From Guillardia theta CCMP2712 (lineage: Eukaryota; Protista; Cryptophyta), in assembly GCF_000315625.1 (NCBI RefSeq), contig NW_005434670.1:1008258-1072257 (forward strand): a DNA stretch of 64,000 bases, in the 5' to 3' direction. The notes beneath the pieces are model-generated. The model worked only from the letters and a program-made list of their open reading frames with translations, searched no databases and was not told the origin of the DNA. This document shows positions 23,725 to 37,200 of the stretch, in pieces (the first letter of the stretch is position 1; every line of letters begins with the position of its first letter). A program made the translations under genes and the position numbers.

Positions 23725-26700
23725 GCATCCAGGTGTGATGAATGAAGCATCACTGCGTCTTGTGGATGACCCGTTTGCTCTCAAGATGTCCAAGTAGCAC
23801 GTGCCGATGACCTCATTCAAGCGTACGGCTGCCCCATCCTGAAAGGCTTCTTCCAAGATGTCACCAACATGTTTCAATCCTCGAAGAAACAAGAATGGTT
23901 TCTGGTGAGTTAGTCTTGCTCCTTGCGTAGATCGGCTGAAGGTTTGAACAGCGGTTGTTCCCCGACGGAATTGCTCTTGACAAAGCGCTGGGACAATTCA
24001 AAACCTTGGAGGCAAACTTCATCGTGGGGATCATCCTCTATAACAAGCTGGAGAAAATCATTCAAGTGTTGAAGGACAGGAGCATCGTGACGGAATCCGA
24101 GGCGTCTGAATTGACGTACCCCTGCTGGGTTCTCTTCCTTCTCCACTCACAACACATGATGCGAGATGGCAAGTGTATGGATATCTTCCCGAGCTTCAAG
24201 TTTCTTGTTTCTTGTCTCCGAGCGACGTTATTGTGTGTACTTCCCGTAGTGAGTCCAGGAGGAAGCTTCGCCAGCAGGAAAGAGGAGAAGGCTACCCTCT
24301 CCGACCTGATCTTGCACGCGGTTTGTCTGACAGAAGATGTTGTCAAGCTGCTGGGGAAGGAGGTGGAAGACATCGAGGAAGCGACGCAGAAACTTGTGGA
24401 GAGTGAAGCCAAGTTGAAAGGAGGCGGGCTCGGAGAGTGGAGCAAGCTGCTAGACGAGGCGCTGACACGCCACCTGATGCTTCATCCACTCAACCTGCTA
24501 GACTGCCGCCTCATTCCTCGGCGGGGGGACCTCATCGATATCGAGCCTGCGCATGTGAGCACGGCAGCAGGGAGCAGCAGCGATCAGGACATGTCGGATG
24601 CGAGGGCGGTATCCAACATCGCGCCCTCCTCTCCCTCCAAGCCCCAGTCTCTGCATGGGGCCGAGGCCCGGACCTCGTCTGACCCGATCTTCCGCACTCC
24701 GGAGCGACCGGTGAAGCACGCGAGGATATCGAATCCTCCTCCTACCCCGGTCAGTCAGGCACAGGAGGATCACGTCTGGTTTTCTCGCTTCCTCATGGGG
24801 GAGGGAGTAGAGCCAGACGAGAGGCTGATGGGCTTCTTGGAGGGGTGTACTCCTCCCGCCGGGGAGAAGACAAAGAAATCTCTCAGTGCGCTCATGGACA
24901 AGATTGGGATGCTGAGGGAGCACAGGGACCTCACGACGAGGATGTGCTTGAAGATCCTGAGGATGATCTGCATGCGAGAGGAGGAGAGGAAGAAGCTCGG
25001 GCCCCTTTCCATCATGCTGCATGACGAGGCGCTGCTCAAGAGCCTCGTCGCGTTTTCATCGGAGGTTGTCTCGTTCCTCCACCTTTCTTCATCCTTCCAC
25101 CTCTCTTCCATCCTGCAGAAGGTTGAGATCAGCGAGTTCGAGCTTCTCATCTTCATCGAGAACTTCTTGCACCTTATGGAGGTGAAGAAGTTTCGCCTGT
25201 CCTATGGCATCAACCAGCATGTCCGTGACCTGTTGAACCGCATCGTGGAGAGCGAGGGATGGAAGAAGAACTCTACTCTTCTCCTCTACTTGCAGAAGGA
25301 GGAGCTTGCAGAGGTCTTTGCGCGAGCCTTGAAGGATTTCAAACAGGCAAGTCGAATGCCCAGTGGCGAATCGCTTGATATGCCCATCCTTTCCGATAGA
25401 AAGATGGGGATAATTATCGTTCTTATCTTGCTCTCTCCCTTTCTTCATTGATGCTTCTCTTATCTCTTGCTTGCTTCTGAACGGCTACCTCCACCAGCAC
25501 AAGAATTCTGTCCCTGAATCCCCCATGCGCATCTCGGCTCATCGGTCGTCGATGAAGAAGCAGGATGTTGCGAACTCAGCGGCGTCACAGGAAGCGGAGG
25601 CGCTGCAGCTTAGAGCGGTGATGTTGCACACCGCTTGCCGCCTCCTCTCGCTTCCTCCTCATCCTGCTACTCCTTCCCACCCCACTCCCCGTGCACCCCC
25701 TCCTCTTCCTCCTCTTCCTCCTCTCCAGTCCACTTTGACTTCCTTGTAGAGCGAGCGGCAGCTCTCAGCATTTGCCCGACGCCTGTGGTATCGAGCTGGT
25801 GAGCAGAGATCAATATGATGATAGATGTGAAGATTGTGATGACGAAGATATGGGAGTGGTGATGATATGGTTTGATTGTGATAAGATATATTGATGATGT
25901 TGGGAGATGATGATGACGACGACAATAACGATGTTGGCGCAGTTGAAATCCTGGAAAGCATGTACAGAAACCTTCGATCTAGCGGGATCACGATGTGACG
26001 ATCCGATTCCTCCTCTTTCTGATCCTCTTGACGCTGCTGCTCGTGACTGCAGGAGGTCGTACAATAGAGCGTACGACGTGATGAGCAGGTGAAGAAAATG
26101 CCATCCTTTCCGTATGTCTTCTGTTTGTATGACGAGGTTTCCCTTCAGAATCTTGGAGTCTCCTTCTGCCCGAGGCCTCATGGTGGGCAGAAATCTTCAT
26201 CAGGTTCGCTCGTTCTGTTGATGCTTGCGATGCGATCTGACATGTTCTCGCGCCTTGGCAGATCATTCTCTGTATCCTCTTCGGGGCCTGCAAGTCTGAA
26301 GGGGAGGGGAACGTCACCTTCAAAGTTCTTGTGTGCCAGCACAAAGCTGTGTACAACAATCAAGGCAAGAAAGGCTGCTCGTCCTATTTGCTGTGGCCCC
26401 TGCCTTATGTCTAGATCATCCCATCGAACATCTCCCCCCTTGCCTCTCCCTCTCCTCCTCCCCTTCCCTTCCCTTCTCGACCCCTTCCCCTTGATCTCTG
26501 ATTGGTCCGCATCCTCCTGGCTGATCCCCTCCCTCAGACTCTGACCTGCTCTACTGGAACGTCCTCCTCGATGAGAACAAGGTCTCCCGCAAACTCGGCC
26601 AGACTTGTTATCTGACAGCTGGTGGTCAGCTGGGGAATATCATCGAGTTCTACAACCAGAAGCTCGTTCCCGTCTGCAAGGTCTGCATAGCTGGGTGGGT

Positions 26701-27246
26701 CAGAGCCGGCGGATCTTCTAATGAGAGCATGCCAGGAGTTCGTTCACTCGGACATACACGACCTCTCTAGCACGGTAAACCTCCTCCCCCCTCCCCTCTC
26801 CGGCTCGATCTCGCATCTACTTCCCCTCCCTCCAGAGCCTTTCGCTCTCCTCCTCTTCCAATCCTCCTCCTTCCTCCGCCCCCCCCCCCCCCAATTCTGT
26901 TCTGATTCTTCGCAGACCCCCCCTTCCAGCCCTTTCTCAGTCAAGAAGTACGTGAGAAGAAATGTGACGATCAGCCCCATGCTGCAGGTCTCTCTCGCTT
27001 CCTCCTCCTCCAGCTCCTGCTTTCCTTCCTCCTCCTCCCACGCCCCTCTCTCCCCCTCCCCTGCTCTTCTCCTTGAACCATTGCTACATATATTTGTTTC
27101 TCATCAAGAGGTACAGGATCGCGTCATCAGCATCAGTATGTCACCCAAGACCAACAGGTGAGCAGCAGGGGAGGGGAGGAGAGGTAACGATGCTGTTGTA
27201 GGCTGATGACCTATGAGAGCTCAAGGGTGGGGATGGTGAGACTTTG
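23132..27246 (+). CDS. RBR: Retinoblastoma-related pocket protein, multi-exon (ends approximate)
   Basis: RB_A pocket: PPTPVSQAQEDHVWF, LLKSLVAFSSEVV, FELLIFIENF, RIVESEGW. RB_B pocket: QIILCILFGACK..VTFK, NIIEFYNQKLVP. C-terminal NVTISPM and MSPKT; many S/T-P CDK sites. Confidence 0.88.
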
Positions 27247-27748
27247 ACGTGCAACGAGGATGAAGCTGAACGTGATGCAGAGAGAAGGAGAAGAGCACGA
27301 ACAGAACTTAAGGTGCAGCCCTTCCCTCCTCTTCTCATCAGTTCTATCCCTCCCTTTGTCCGTCCCTGAGGAGGAGGAGGAGGAGGAGGAGTAGGAGGGA
27401 TTGAGAAGGCTTGGGTCGGGAGGGGAGGATTTCATTCCTTTGTCACCAATTTCCCTCCTTGGCCCCTCTTCCTTCCTCCACATCTTGCCTCTCCTCTCTA
27501 TCAGTTTGCATTCCCTTTTGATCTTCATATCTCAAGCTTTTCCTTGTCAGGCTTAATAAGAGACAAAAACCCATGGAGTCGGAGCGATGAAGCTGAACTG
27601 CCAATGTACATGCCTGGCGGGGAAGGAGATTGTAATTCAATAATGAAGGATTCATAAGATGTAACATTAAAAGATGCCAAATATATTGTCAACCAAGCCC
27701 CTTCTCCCTTAATCTTCTGCAGCTTCTCCCTTATCCTCCTCCTCGTCG

Positions 27749-28228
27749 TCAAAGATTGTTTGACAAGTTGTTGAGGGTCGAAAATCCCGCCTTCACCCCC
27801 TGCAACATCCCGTCATACACTAACCCATCCTCTCCTCTTTCCCTCCTGCTGCCCCCCCGTTTGCCTCTCACCTCCTCTCACCTCCCTCCTCTCCCTTCTC
27901 CACTCCTGACTTACCGTCTTGATCCCTCCGAGCGCACGAACTGGGGCTGAGGCAACAGTCGAGAAGGCTTTCCCGGGGAGGGACAGCAACGTTCTCCCAG
28001 CTCTGCTCTGCTTGTCATGGCCAAGGGACAGCAATGGAGAAATGTGCTCACCCCCTCTCGACGGAATCGCCCCCCTCCTCCTCTCCCACTTCCTCCCACT
28101 CCTCCTGGATTGGTCGCCTCCTGTTCAGCCGCACGTGGCCAATGCTCTGTCCTTCCACTTGTAGTCCGAGCACGCGATCTGACCAGGCGTCGAGACCCTT
28201 GAGAACAAACCTGCTCCCATGTCAGACA

Positions 28229-28269
<41 letters not shown>

Positions 28270-31200
28270 ACTCCTGCTACTCCTGCTCCTGCTCCTGCTC
28301 CTGCTACTGCTCCTGCTACTGCTCCTGCTCCTGCTCCTGCTCCTCTTCCCCTACGTTGAGGCTCGCCATCGCGCATCCCTCAAACACATCTCTGCAATCC
28401 CAATCCCCCTCCTCCCTCCCTGCTCATCCCAGGGCTCACTTGGCGCTGAAGAAGCTGTCGGAGAAACTCGAGAGGAAGCTGCTGAGGTGTCAGAGAGGAC
28501 AAGCAGCGAAGGACGAGGATACAGGCGAGAGAGGAGGGTGAGGCAGAAGCTTTCTGTGTTGAGCATCTTCTTGACCTCCATAGCCTGCAGGAAAGTCAGT
28601 GGTGACGTCGCAGGGCCGGGGGACGTACAGGAATCTTGACGACGACGTCGTCGATGCGGATCTTCCTGACGATCCTCTGCGAATTGAAGATGAGGGGAGA
28701 AGAGGAGAAAAGAGGGAAGTGAGGTATGAGAACGAGGAGACCAGCATAGCAAACGGCGGATCGAGAGGAGGAGGAAGGAGCAGCAGGAGGAACAGCAGAA
28801 ACAGTAGGACAAGGAGAAGCATGAGGAGGAGTTAGGGCAGCAGGAGTTGAACTCACCTCGACTATGGCTCCTGCGAACTTGCGGACAATCGCGCTGCTCT
28901 TGCTGTCACCGGAGAAGAGGAGGGTCAGATGGATGTTCAAGGGCTTCATCCGGAAATCCTCGAGGAAGACGATGTTGTCGCTGAAGACGGTGGGAGCTGC
29001 CTCGTCCTGACAAACCCCGTCCATGAATCGACTCTTCAGCACCATGATCTCCTCGGAGATCCCTTCGCTTGCGTCTGCTCCTCCTCGCACGTCCTTATCG
29101 TCTCTGGCAGCAAGGAACCTGTTCACGAACTCTCCGATCCTCACTACCATCTTGTCCTCCACGAACAAGTACGAGTCCCCAAACTCCAGCCGGACGTGTT
29201 GATAGAACCTTTCGATCCCCACCTGCCCCAGCTTCTCCACGATCGCGATGTTGAGCGCCGCGCCGCCCCCGTCGTCGGCGTTGATGCACATGACCACAGG
29301 AAGAGACGTCGAGCTGTCGTGCTGGTTATCAAGCTGCATCTTCAAGACAGAGGCAGAGATCTGACGAGCATCACTGTCTGATATCACCGACGCCTTCACG
29401 TCCTCCAGGTACAGGTGCAGGAGCTCCTCCGTGGAGCCGCTGGCGTCATCCTCTAAGAGGATCTTGAGCACAGGAGCGCACAGGGAGACGATCGTGAAGT
29501 CCTTGGGCGCGTCCTCGGGAGCGGTGGAGACGTTCTTTCCTATGCCGAATGAGAGCTCCTTGGTCCCTTCCACAAGGTTTGACGAGCAGGACAGCAGTGA
29601 CACCGACGTGACGTACTGCCTGTAGAACTGATCGGCCGGGAGCAGGATGAGGCTGAACAGGGTGGTCACAGAGTCCGAGAGCTCGAGATCGGCTCTCATG
29701 CAGAAAGAAACTTGATCTCCGACTTTGAGCTGCTTGCTAGTTACGTGCTCTTCGTTCACCATCACAAACACTTTCGAGTCAAGCACGTTGACCATCCATT
29801 TCTCCTCCGCCGTCTTGGTGAAGACCGCGCATATCTCACAGTCCGCAAGATCGCCGGGAGGGATGCAGTGGAAGCGAAGGTCCTGCAGGAGGAGGTCGAC
29901 GACTTGAAACGCCACCATGAGCTGGTCGACATCGAGCAGAAGAGCAAGTGGGACATCCGACCGGACTGAGTCGGCCGAGGAGCCAGTCTGACAGAGGACG
30001 TAGCCTGACTTGTATCGCTGCCTCTCTGGCAGATTCGCCGCAAACTTGTCAACAAGAGCGTCTCTGTTCTTCTTGCCGTAGAGGCTGATGGCCTGAAACA
30101 TGTCCACCTCCACCTCGAAGGAGCGAGGAACATCGACATGGTCGATGCGGCAGAGCACGAGCCGACGAGGAGCAAGAGAAGGGTCCGGCCAGATCAAAGA
30201 CTCGACCTGAAAGATGGTCAACGAATGTTTGAAAGACAAACAGCGTAAGAGGACATCGATATCAATCAACACGGTGCATGTGAAAGCGAAGATTGAAACA
30301 AGGCTGATATGAAACGAGACTGATATGAAACGAGACAGATATGAAACGAGACAGATATGAAACGAGACAGATATGAAACGAGACAGATATGAAACGAGAC
30401 AGATATGAAACCAGCTGATATGAAACAAGACCGACATGGAACGTTGATGAATGAAACAAGAACACATAAAATAAGAGTCTCATCAATGAGTCACGTCAAA
30501 CTTGTTCACCTGATAAGGCCTGAGGCTCACGGTCTGCTGGGAAGAGCTGCCGACCTGCTGGAACTCAAGGAGGTAGGGAGTGTTGTTGACAAGCCGGTGA
30601 GGAACATTGGAGGAGACCTCTGAGAAAGTGATAATGGTTGACCCGTGGACGCTGACTTCGGACTTTGCCGACACGACAACGTTCTCTTCTGTCCGCAAGA
30701 GCGTGAGCTCATCAAGGTCAGGGGAGAAGATGGAAGCGATCTTGAATGCTTCACAGGTCTGCCCTTGGGTCACTGAGAATCGGCAGCTCTCTTGCGCTCC
30801 TTCAGGGTGAAATGGCTGGCGAGTGTTGGGCATGACGAGGATGTGCGGCAAGTCCCTACGGCCAGAGGAGGAGGAGGAGGAGGAGGAGGAGGAGGAGGAG
30901 GAGGATGGGTGAGCCTCCCGCTGCCAAACAGTGATGGGCCTGCTCAAGTTGTTCTGCACTAAGATGGCCGGCAGGAGCAGCACCAGGGCCGTCCGGTCGA
31001 ACTTCCCTGAGGCCGGCGTCATGGAGCTGTAGAGTTGGACGGTCTCGTTGTCTAGCGCCTTCCTCTCCCTCGCGAACGGGTGCTCATCCCTTGCGGAAGT
31101 CAGGCTGATCGCCTGCCGACGTTGGTTGGAGTCCAGCACGTTGACTGCGTTTGACCACCCGAAGCCGCTAAGGCGGAACTCTACCTCCCCATCGTAGGCT

Positions 31201-34200
31201 ACCAGCGATCCGTTCTCCAGCTCGCGCTTCGACGTGACATCGAGACCAGTAAACTTCTGGCAAATCAACCTCAGACCCGTCAGGTTCATGAGCCAGAACC
31301 GGTTGTACATGCAAACTCGAACTTGCGAGCTGACCGGGTCTCGATTGACCTCGACCCGGATGTCCTGAGAGCTCTTGTCATCAAGGTCAGGGGCCGAGAC
31401 TGACAACTCGTTCTCCCAGTTCTCGCAGTGATAGATTTCAAACACCCTCGACCAGTTCGTGTCAACATGACTAGCCCCTGAGCTCAACCGGACCCGGCAG
31501 TTGATGTTCCGACGGAAATCGTAGCAGCTGACGTGAACGATAGAGCCGGAGCCGAGCTGATAGTTGGCGATGACGTTACCAATAGGATCGATGAGCTGAA
31601 CCTCAAGGCCTGACTGGGTCAAGTTCTCCAGAGTCCAGGGAGAATGAAATTGAATGGTCAAGGGATTGCCAATGGTACGCTCGAACCCGGTTTTCATCGT
31701 CAGAGCATCCAAGACACTGACTGAGAACGTGACCACGTCCCTCGATCGAGCGATCTTGCTGTGGTACTCAGAGCTTGCCTGGCTCGCATGCTTGTCCGGC
31801 ATCCGTCTACACGTCAATGTCCTGTTCCTCAGCACGGTCTTGGTCGGGGCGCTGGCATCAGACAAGGACGAGCTGGAGTCGCCAACCGCTGACTTCCACA
31901 GAGGCATCATCTCCTCCTCTACCACCTTGTCGCGGTCCCACTTGCCACTGGAGATGAAGAGGGACTGGCTGGAGGTAGCCGCATAGATGGCGTTGTTCCG
32001 TATCAGAAACGACTTGCGCTTCTCTATGGCAGAGATCTCTTTCCAGGGAAGTTTGATGAGTTTGGATGCACTGTAGTTCATGAAGAGCAGGTGCAACGTT
32101 GTGATCAGCGCGTAGCCCTCGATGATGTGCGGGTCCTTGTGCATCTGGCAAGAGTACATGGACAGAATGACGTCAGAGTCGTCAAGCGCAAACGCAGCAC
32201 GGGCTTTCTCGTCAACGTCGTCCTCCAGCTTCGCAACGCTCTGGTTCGGTATCACCTTGACAATGGACCGGAACGTCTCCGCGCGGTTCCGAAAGGTCCT
32301 GAAGTGCCAAGTTCTCTCCCTCGTCCTCACTTTGATAGCGTTCGGGAACACAAAGGCGGTGTAGCACTTGGAAATCTCAAGGATGTCAGAGAAGGGAATG
32401 ATTACTTTCTGCTCAAGCCCCATGATGTTCGAGTAGTGGCAAAGGCAGTTGTTGGTCAAGTACAAGACACCTTGCCGTAGTCCCAGACCTTCGACGTCGT
32501 TGGCGCAAGCATACCAGTTGATCAAGCTCGTCTCCACCGTCAGCTCGCTACCAAAAAGCTTCTGGAACCTTGTGTCGACCATCTGAAATAGACGGAAAGT
32601 GCCATCCTGAAGGGCCTTGAGATTGACTGCCTCCGACATCTCATTGCACCACTGATACTGGCAATCTTCATCGACAGGCTTGAAGAGCAAGGTTCCATTC
32701 TTGACAAACGTGGTGGGCACTGACATGATTTCATTCGGCTTCAAACAGCCCAGCTCATAGAGGTCTGCTCCATCCGACACTGCGGCTGCTATCGACGTCG
32801 AGCTCAAGTTCTGCAGAGACACCATAGAGTTGACCACGAGAGTCTTCTGTCCTCCTCTGGACGACAGTTGGCAGACGATCGAGCAATGAGTCTCATCCCC
32901 GTCCAGCGAGACTTGGAACGAGCATCTCTGCTCGGCCTGCGAGCTACGTCAGCCACGCTCGCAGTCAACTGTCACTCTCACCTCTAGAGACATCGTCCCG
33001 AAGATCTGCGAGGTGCCCTCCAGCTGCAGGCAGACCATGTTGCTGATTCCAGTCTCGTCGTAGTCCCTTGCATATGTGCTCAGAGCGTCTCGCCGACTCC
33101 AAACTTGCTCGTAGGAGAGGAAACAGCTCTCCTTGCTCCTCAGGCGGTTCTCAGTGCCATCCTGCAAGATGCAAATCAGAGTCTCTGCCATGTTGTTGGT
33201 GATCACGTAGGGCACAAAGTTGTGCTGGTCTGATCGAACTCCATCCTTGAGCTCTTGACCTGCTTTATCGCTGGTCCATGACAGGATGGAGTCGTAAATC
33301 GAATCGATCCCTGCCCGAGAGACATGTACCAAAATCTCACTCTGCACACTTTGGACATGCAGCTCGAAGTTCTTCGAGGCCTCTTTGAAGAGATAAGAGA
33401 TTTCGAGGCTGACTGGCTCGACCGCTGGCTTCCACAGCGACGTCGGGTGGTGGAAGTAGTCAACCATGAGCTGTTCTCCCTTGAGCAACAGCTTCGACAG
33501 ACTGCCCGACATCTCAAGTCTTGGTGCCTTTGCACGCAGTAGCGGAATCCAACGTCCGCGGAAGTCATCAGTGAGCGATATAGTAAGATCCCTGCCTTTC
33601 ACTTCCAGGGACTCCAATTGTCGGCCAACTTCTTCCACTGACTCGGCAGGTCCCGTTCCGTCCACCTGCTCAACTGTCGAAGGAGGGACGAGGTCTTCCT
33701 GGAAGGATTGGAGGACCTGTAAACCCAGCATGACATATCTGTAGGTCAGGATGGCATTGATCTTGGCAAACTCGATACTCGTTCGAGTGTTGACAAGCGA
33801 CGAGTCTGTCTTGCCCTTCTCCGATCTTCGAGTCATTGACAAGCTGCATGGCTTCAATATTTGCAGACTCTTGTCAGACACGTCGGCAAGAACGCCATCG
33901 CACAAGGTCATGAAGACATCGGAAGCCAGGAAGCTCATACTTGAGTCCGTCTCCCGCATCTCATAGTCGAAGCAGAAGCCTCCCCCGAGATCGAAAGTTC
34001 CTCGCTTCCTCCCGTCTCTTCTGCTGTACAGTAACACTCTGGCGTTTGGGAACTTTGTTCGGAACGCAAAGGATCCAGCAATCGATCGAGAGTATGTCAT
34101 GGTGTTGGTCGAGTCTCGGAACTCAGAGGGCTTAGCTGAGATCCAACGGATGACTTGCATCAACAACCGCAAGTCTGCAATGGCCTCCGCACGCTCAAAG

Positions 34201-37200
34201 TTGAAGCTGATTTTCATATCCCCACTGACATGCTTGACGAACTGTAAAGAGATGAGATTGTCTGTTCCGCAATCACCAGCTCTCAGAGACTCCGCCGGGA
34301 CAGACAAGATGGTCTTCGTTGCTTCAGGATCTCCATGGTCAAGAAGAAATGCCTTGCCCAGAGCCACTTGACATTCATACAATCGCTGGTCAGCACCCTC
34401 GTAGAATGCTGAGTAGGTGACGTCGACAGATTGGGCTGTCACGGACAGGAACGTTTCTCTTGTCTCTTTCTTCCAGAGCAGCTCAAAGTCAAGGTGCGGA
34501 ATTGCGATTGAAACCCGCATCATGTCGCGCTGTATGGTTTTCTTGTTGGCCTGTGTGCTCTGTACTTGTGCACGGTTCTGATCTTCCAAACTCACGGCGC
34601 CATCACAGATTCTGCGCTCACTGAAGTTTTCTCCGAGGACAGACATCAGGGTTGCAAGTTGAGTTTCGTCCATGGCAGCCTCGATGGTGCGCGTCTTGAG
34701 GTCAAGAACAACGTCAGCTGACTTGTCGAGAAAGAGGAATATCTTGGCGGACACGTCAAAGTTCCGAGAGATCGCGGTGATCGAAGCTTCGTCCAAGAGC
34801 GTTGACAGTGACATCTCTCGGAAATCTAGATTCCAAGCCAACAGACCGCTCTCGTTCTCTACGTGCAAGAGCCCCAGGTCGATCAGCAAGCCTTCATCGA
34901 GGTATGAGTTGCGAGGGATGTAGATCTCAGGGTGAATGAAGTCAAGCTTGACGGCGATCTTGTTGGCATTCCCATCGTCCTTTGATTCTTCACGAGGCGA
35001 TTGCTCGCCACTTGTGAATGTCCTGGCGAACTCCTGGATCTCCTGCACTGCCCGCCACAAGAGAGTCAGTCTGGGCTGGTGGATAGAAAGCTTCCATGCT
35101 TGCCCTGTGATGGAGGATGAGATCGAGTGCTGGTCAAAGATTTGGACATCGAAGTTCACAAACGACTCTGTCTTGGATCGGACGTCGAGAAATGATGCAT
35201 GAGAATGATCTGGAGCTGTCAAATCCTTCAGCTCGACGCTCTGGAGCTTTCCTTTTAGCTCAATCGTTCCATCACCAAAGAAACTCGTGCCCCAACTTGA
35301 GTCGTTCATAGACAGCGAGTATTCCCTCAATCCTCCCCCTCCCAGGAGTTTGACTAGCAACCCTTTGGCTTTCCAGCATGAGCTGCTAGTCAGTGCACGG
35401 TCAGACGTGTTGCTTATCACAAAGGAGGCGGGCACTTGGAAACGAGGAGCCCCAACATTCCCTTGAGTGTGCTGCAAACCTTCATCTGAAGTCCGACCGC
35501 GCTCATCGGTACTCTGAAGGAGGACCATCAAGGATCTCACGGTGTTGAGCAGACCGACATCAATGCTGATCTCATGGTCTGATAGGTCAACCTCTGTCTC
35601 CGGCAGCATATGACGTGCCCTGTCCCATCTGTACTTCACCGACAAGCCGAAGTTGAAGTCCGAATGATCGGTTCTCCTGCTGAAGTACTCCCTTACAAGG
35701 TTACTTCCCTGGTATCGAGCGATCTCCAAGTTCTCGAACTGAAATTCAAACGAGTCACACGACTCTAGCAGCTCCAATGTAGAGGTCAGGTCGTTCAGCT
35801 TCAGGCTGACCGTAGTAGAGTCTGCTGCTGGGTCTTCTATTGTGACTTCAACATGTTTAGATCGGATGAGAAAGGTCAATCTGGAAGCTTCGTTCCCAGG
35901 TGCCTTCTTGTTAGAGTTTTCAAGATCTGTTACTAGGGATCCAGGCTGCATTGGAGTCCAGAATTCTCTTGATGGATTCAACATTTCTCGTAGTTTGTTA
36001 AGTTTGGAAAAGAGCGAGGAATGTGCATGGCCAGCATAAAGCTTCAATGTTTGATTGTGCTGAGAGTTTGCTGAAGGTGTTATGACAATGATCGGATTTC
36101 CGTCTTCGAAAGCAGATGAGACAACTGCATCTTTCAGGGTGTATTGTTCATGGAAGACAGTATGTTGTTGAGTGCGCATCACAAGAGTGCCATTCACTAC
36201 AGACATGTATCTGTAGCACCAGCCAGTCTGAGACTTCAAGCCCTTGACAAGGAGGTAGTGAGAATCGAGATCGTGAAAGGTCAAATCATTGTGCAGAGTG
36301 ACATTTGCCGAGCAAGTACGAAGAATCGACTGCATGACAACGAGGGAACCTTTGTCAAGATTGAGATGCACATCGTGCACGCTCAAATCAAGTACATAGT
36401 CGAAATCTTTGGAACCATGAAGGTCGTGTTGATGCAGGATCAGGCTTCCCTCGACTCCTGTGTCGTTCAACACACTTCGTTTTGACTGCATGAAGAGTTC
36501 CGAGTCCGAAAGAGTCACGTCATACATCACTTCCAAACCCACGTTCTCCAATCGCAGTTTGTACCCGCTACTTGCAGAGGTTCCCTCAACCTCGCCCTGA
36601 TGTATTTGGAAGCGTCCAAATCGGATGGACATCAGGTTCTGCCCGATGTTGCTCAAACCTGTAGGGCTGATGTAGATTGAAGGAGCGTGCATATCCACAT
36701 CAAGATGCCAAATGATTCCACGGACAGCGTGTATGGCAGTTTCAGAGATGTCGACATTTCTCGAGTCCGTGATGAGCTTCGGCTTGTGCATATCACTCGC
36801 AACAGCACCTTCAAACACACTTGAGAACTCAATGAAGTTTCGAATGAAATCATTCGCTGCAACAACTTCTATTGAGCTTGACTTGATAGTCAAGCTTGCT
36901 GTCGACGGTCTTTCACTCCAATCTGTCTTGAAAGAACATCTCAAAAGCGGTTGCCAGTCAGAATTTCCGCTCGTCGACACCCAACAGACCGGCGACTCTG
37001 AAATTTGATCCAAGACGTTGATAGACTTCAATTCTGCTTCAAATTCCAATGCCTGGGACTTTCTCTTGAGGTTGATGAATCCGCTTTCACTGGCGAAGAC
37101 AGCATGAAACAATGAATCCTTCCTGCCTACTAACCGGAATGCATTCAGCTCCATCTCGCACGAGAGGAGCAGCTGGTCTGAATTGGTCGACGAGAAGAAA

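Noticed and set aside
30304-30431. Regular 16-bp repeats resembling a CRISPR array
   Set aside because: Units are head-to-tail with no unique spacers, lie in an intron, and no cas genes are present.
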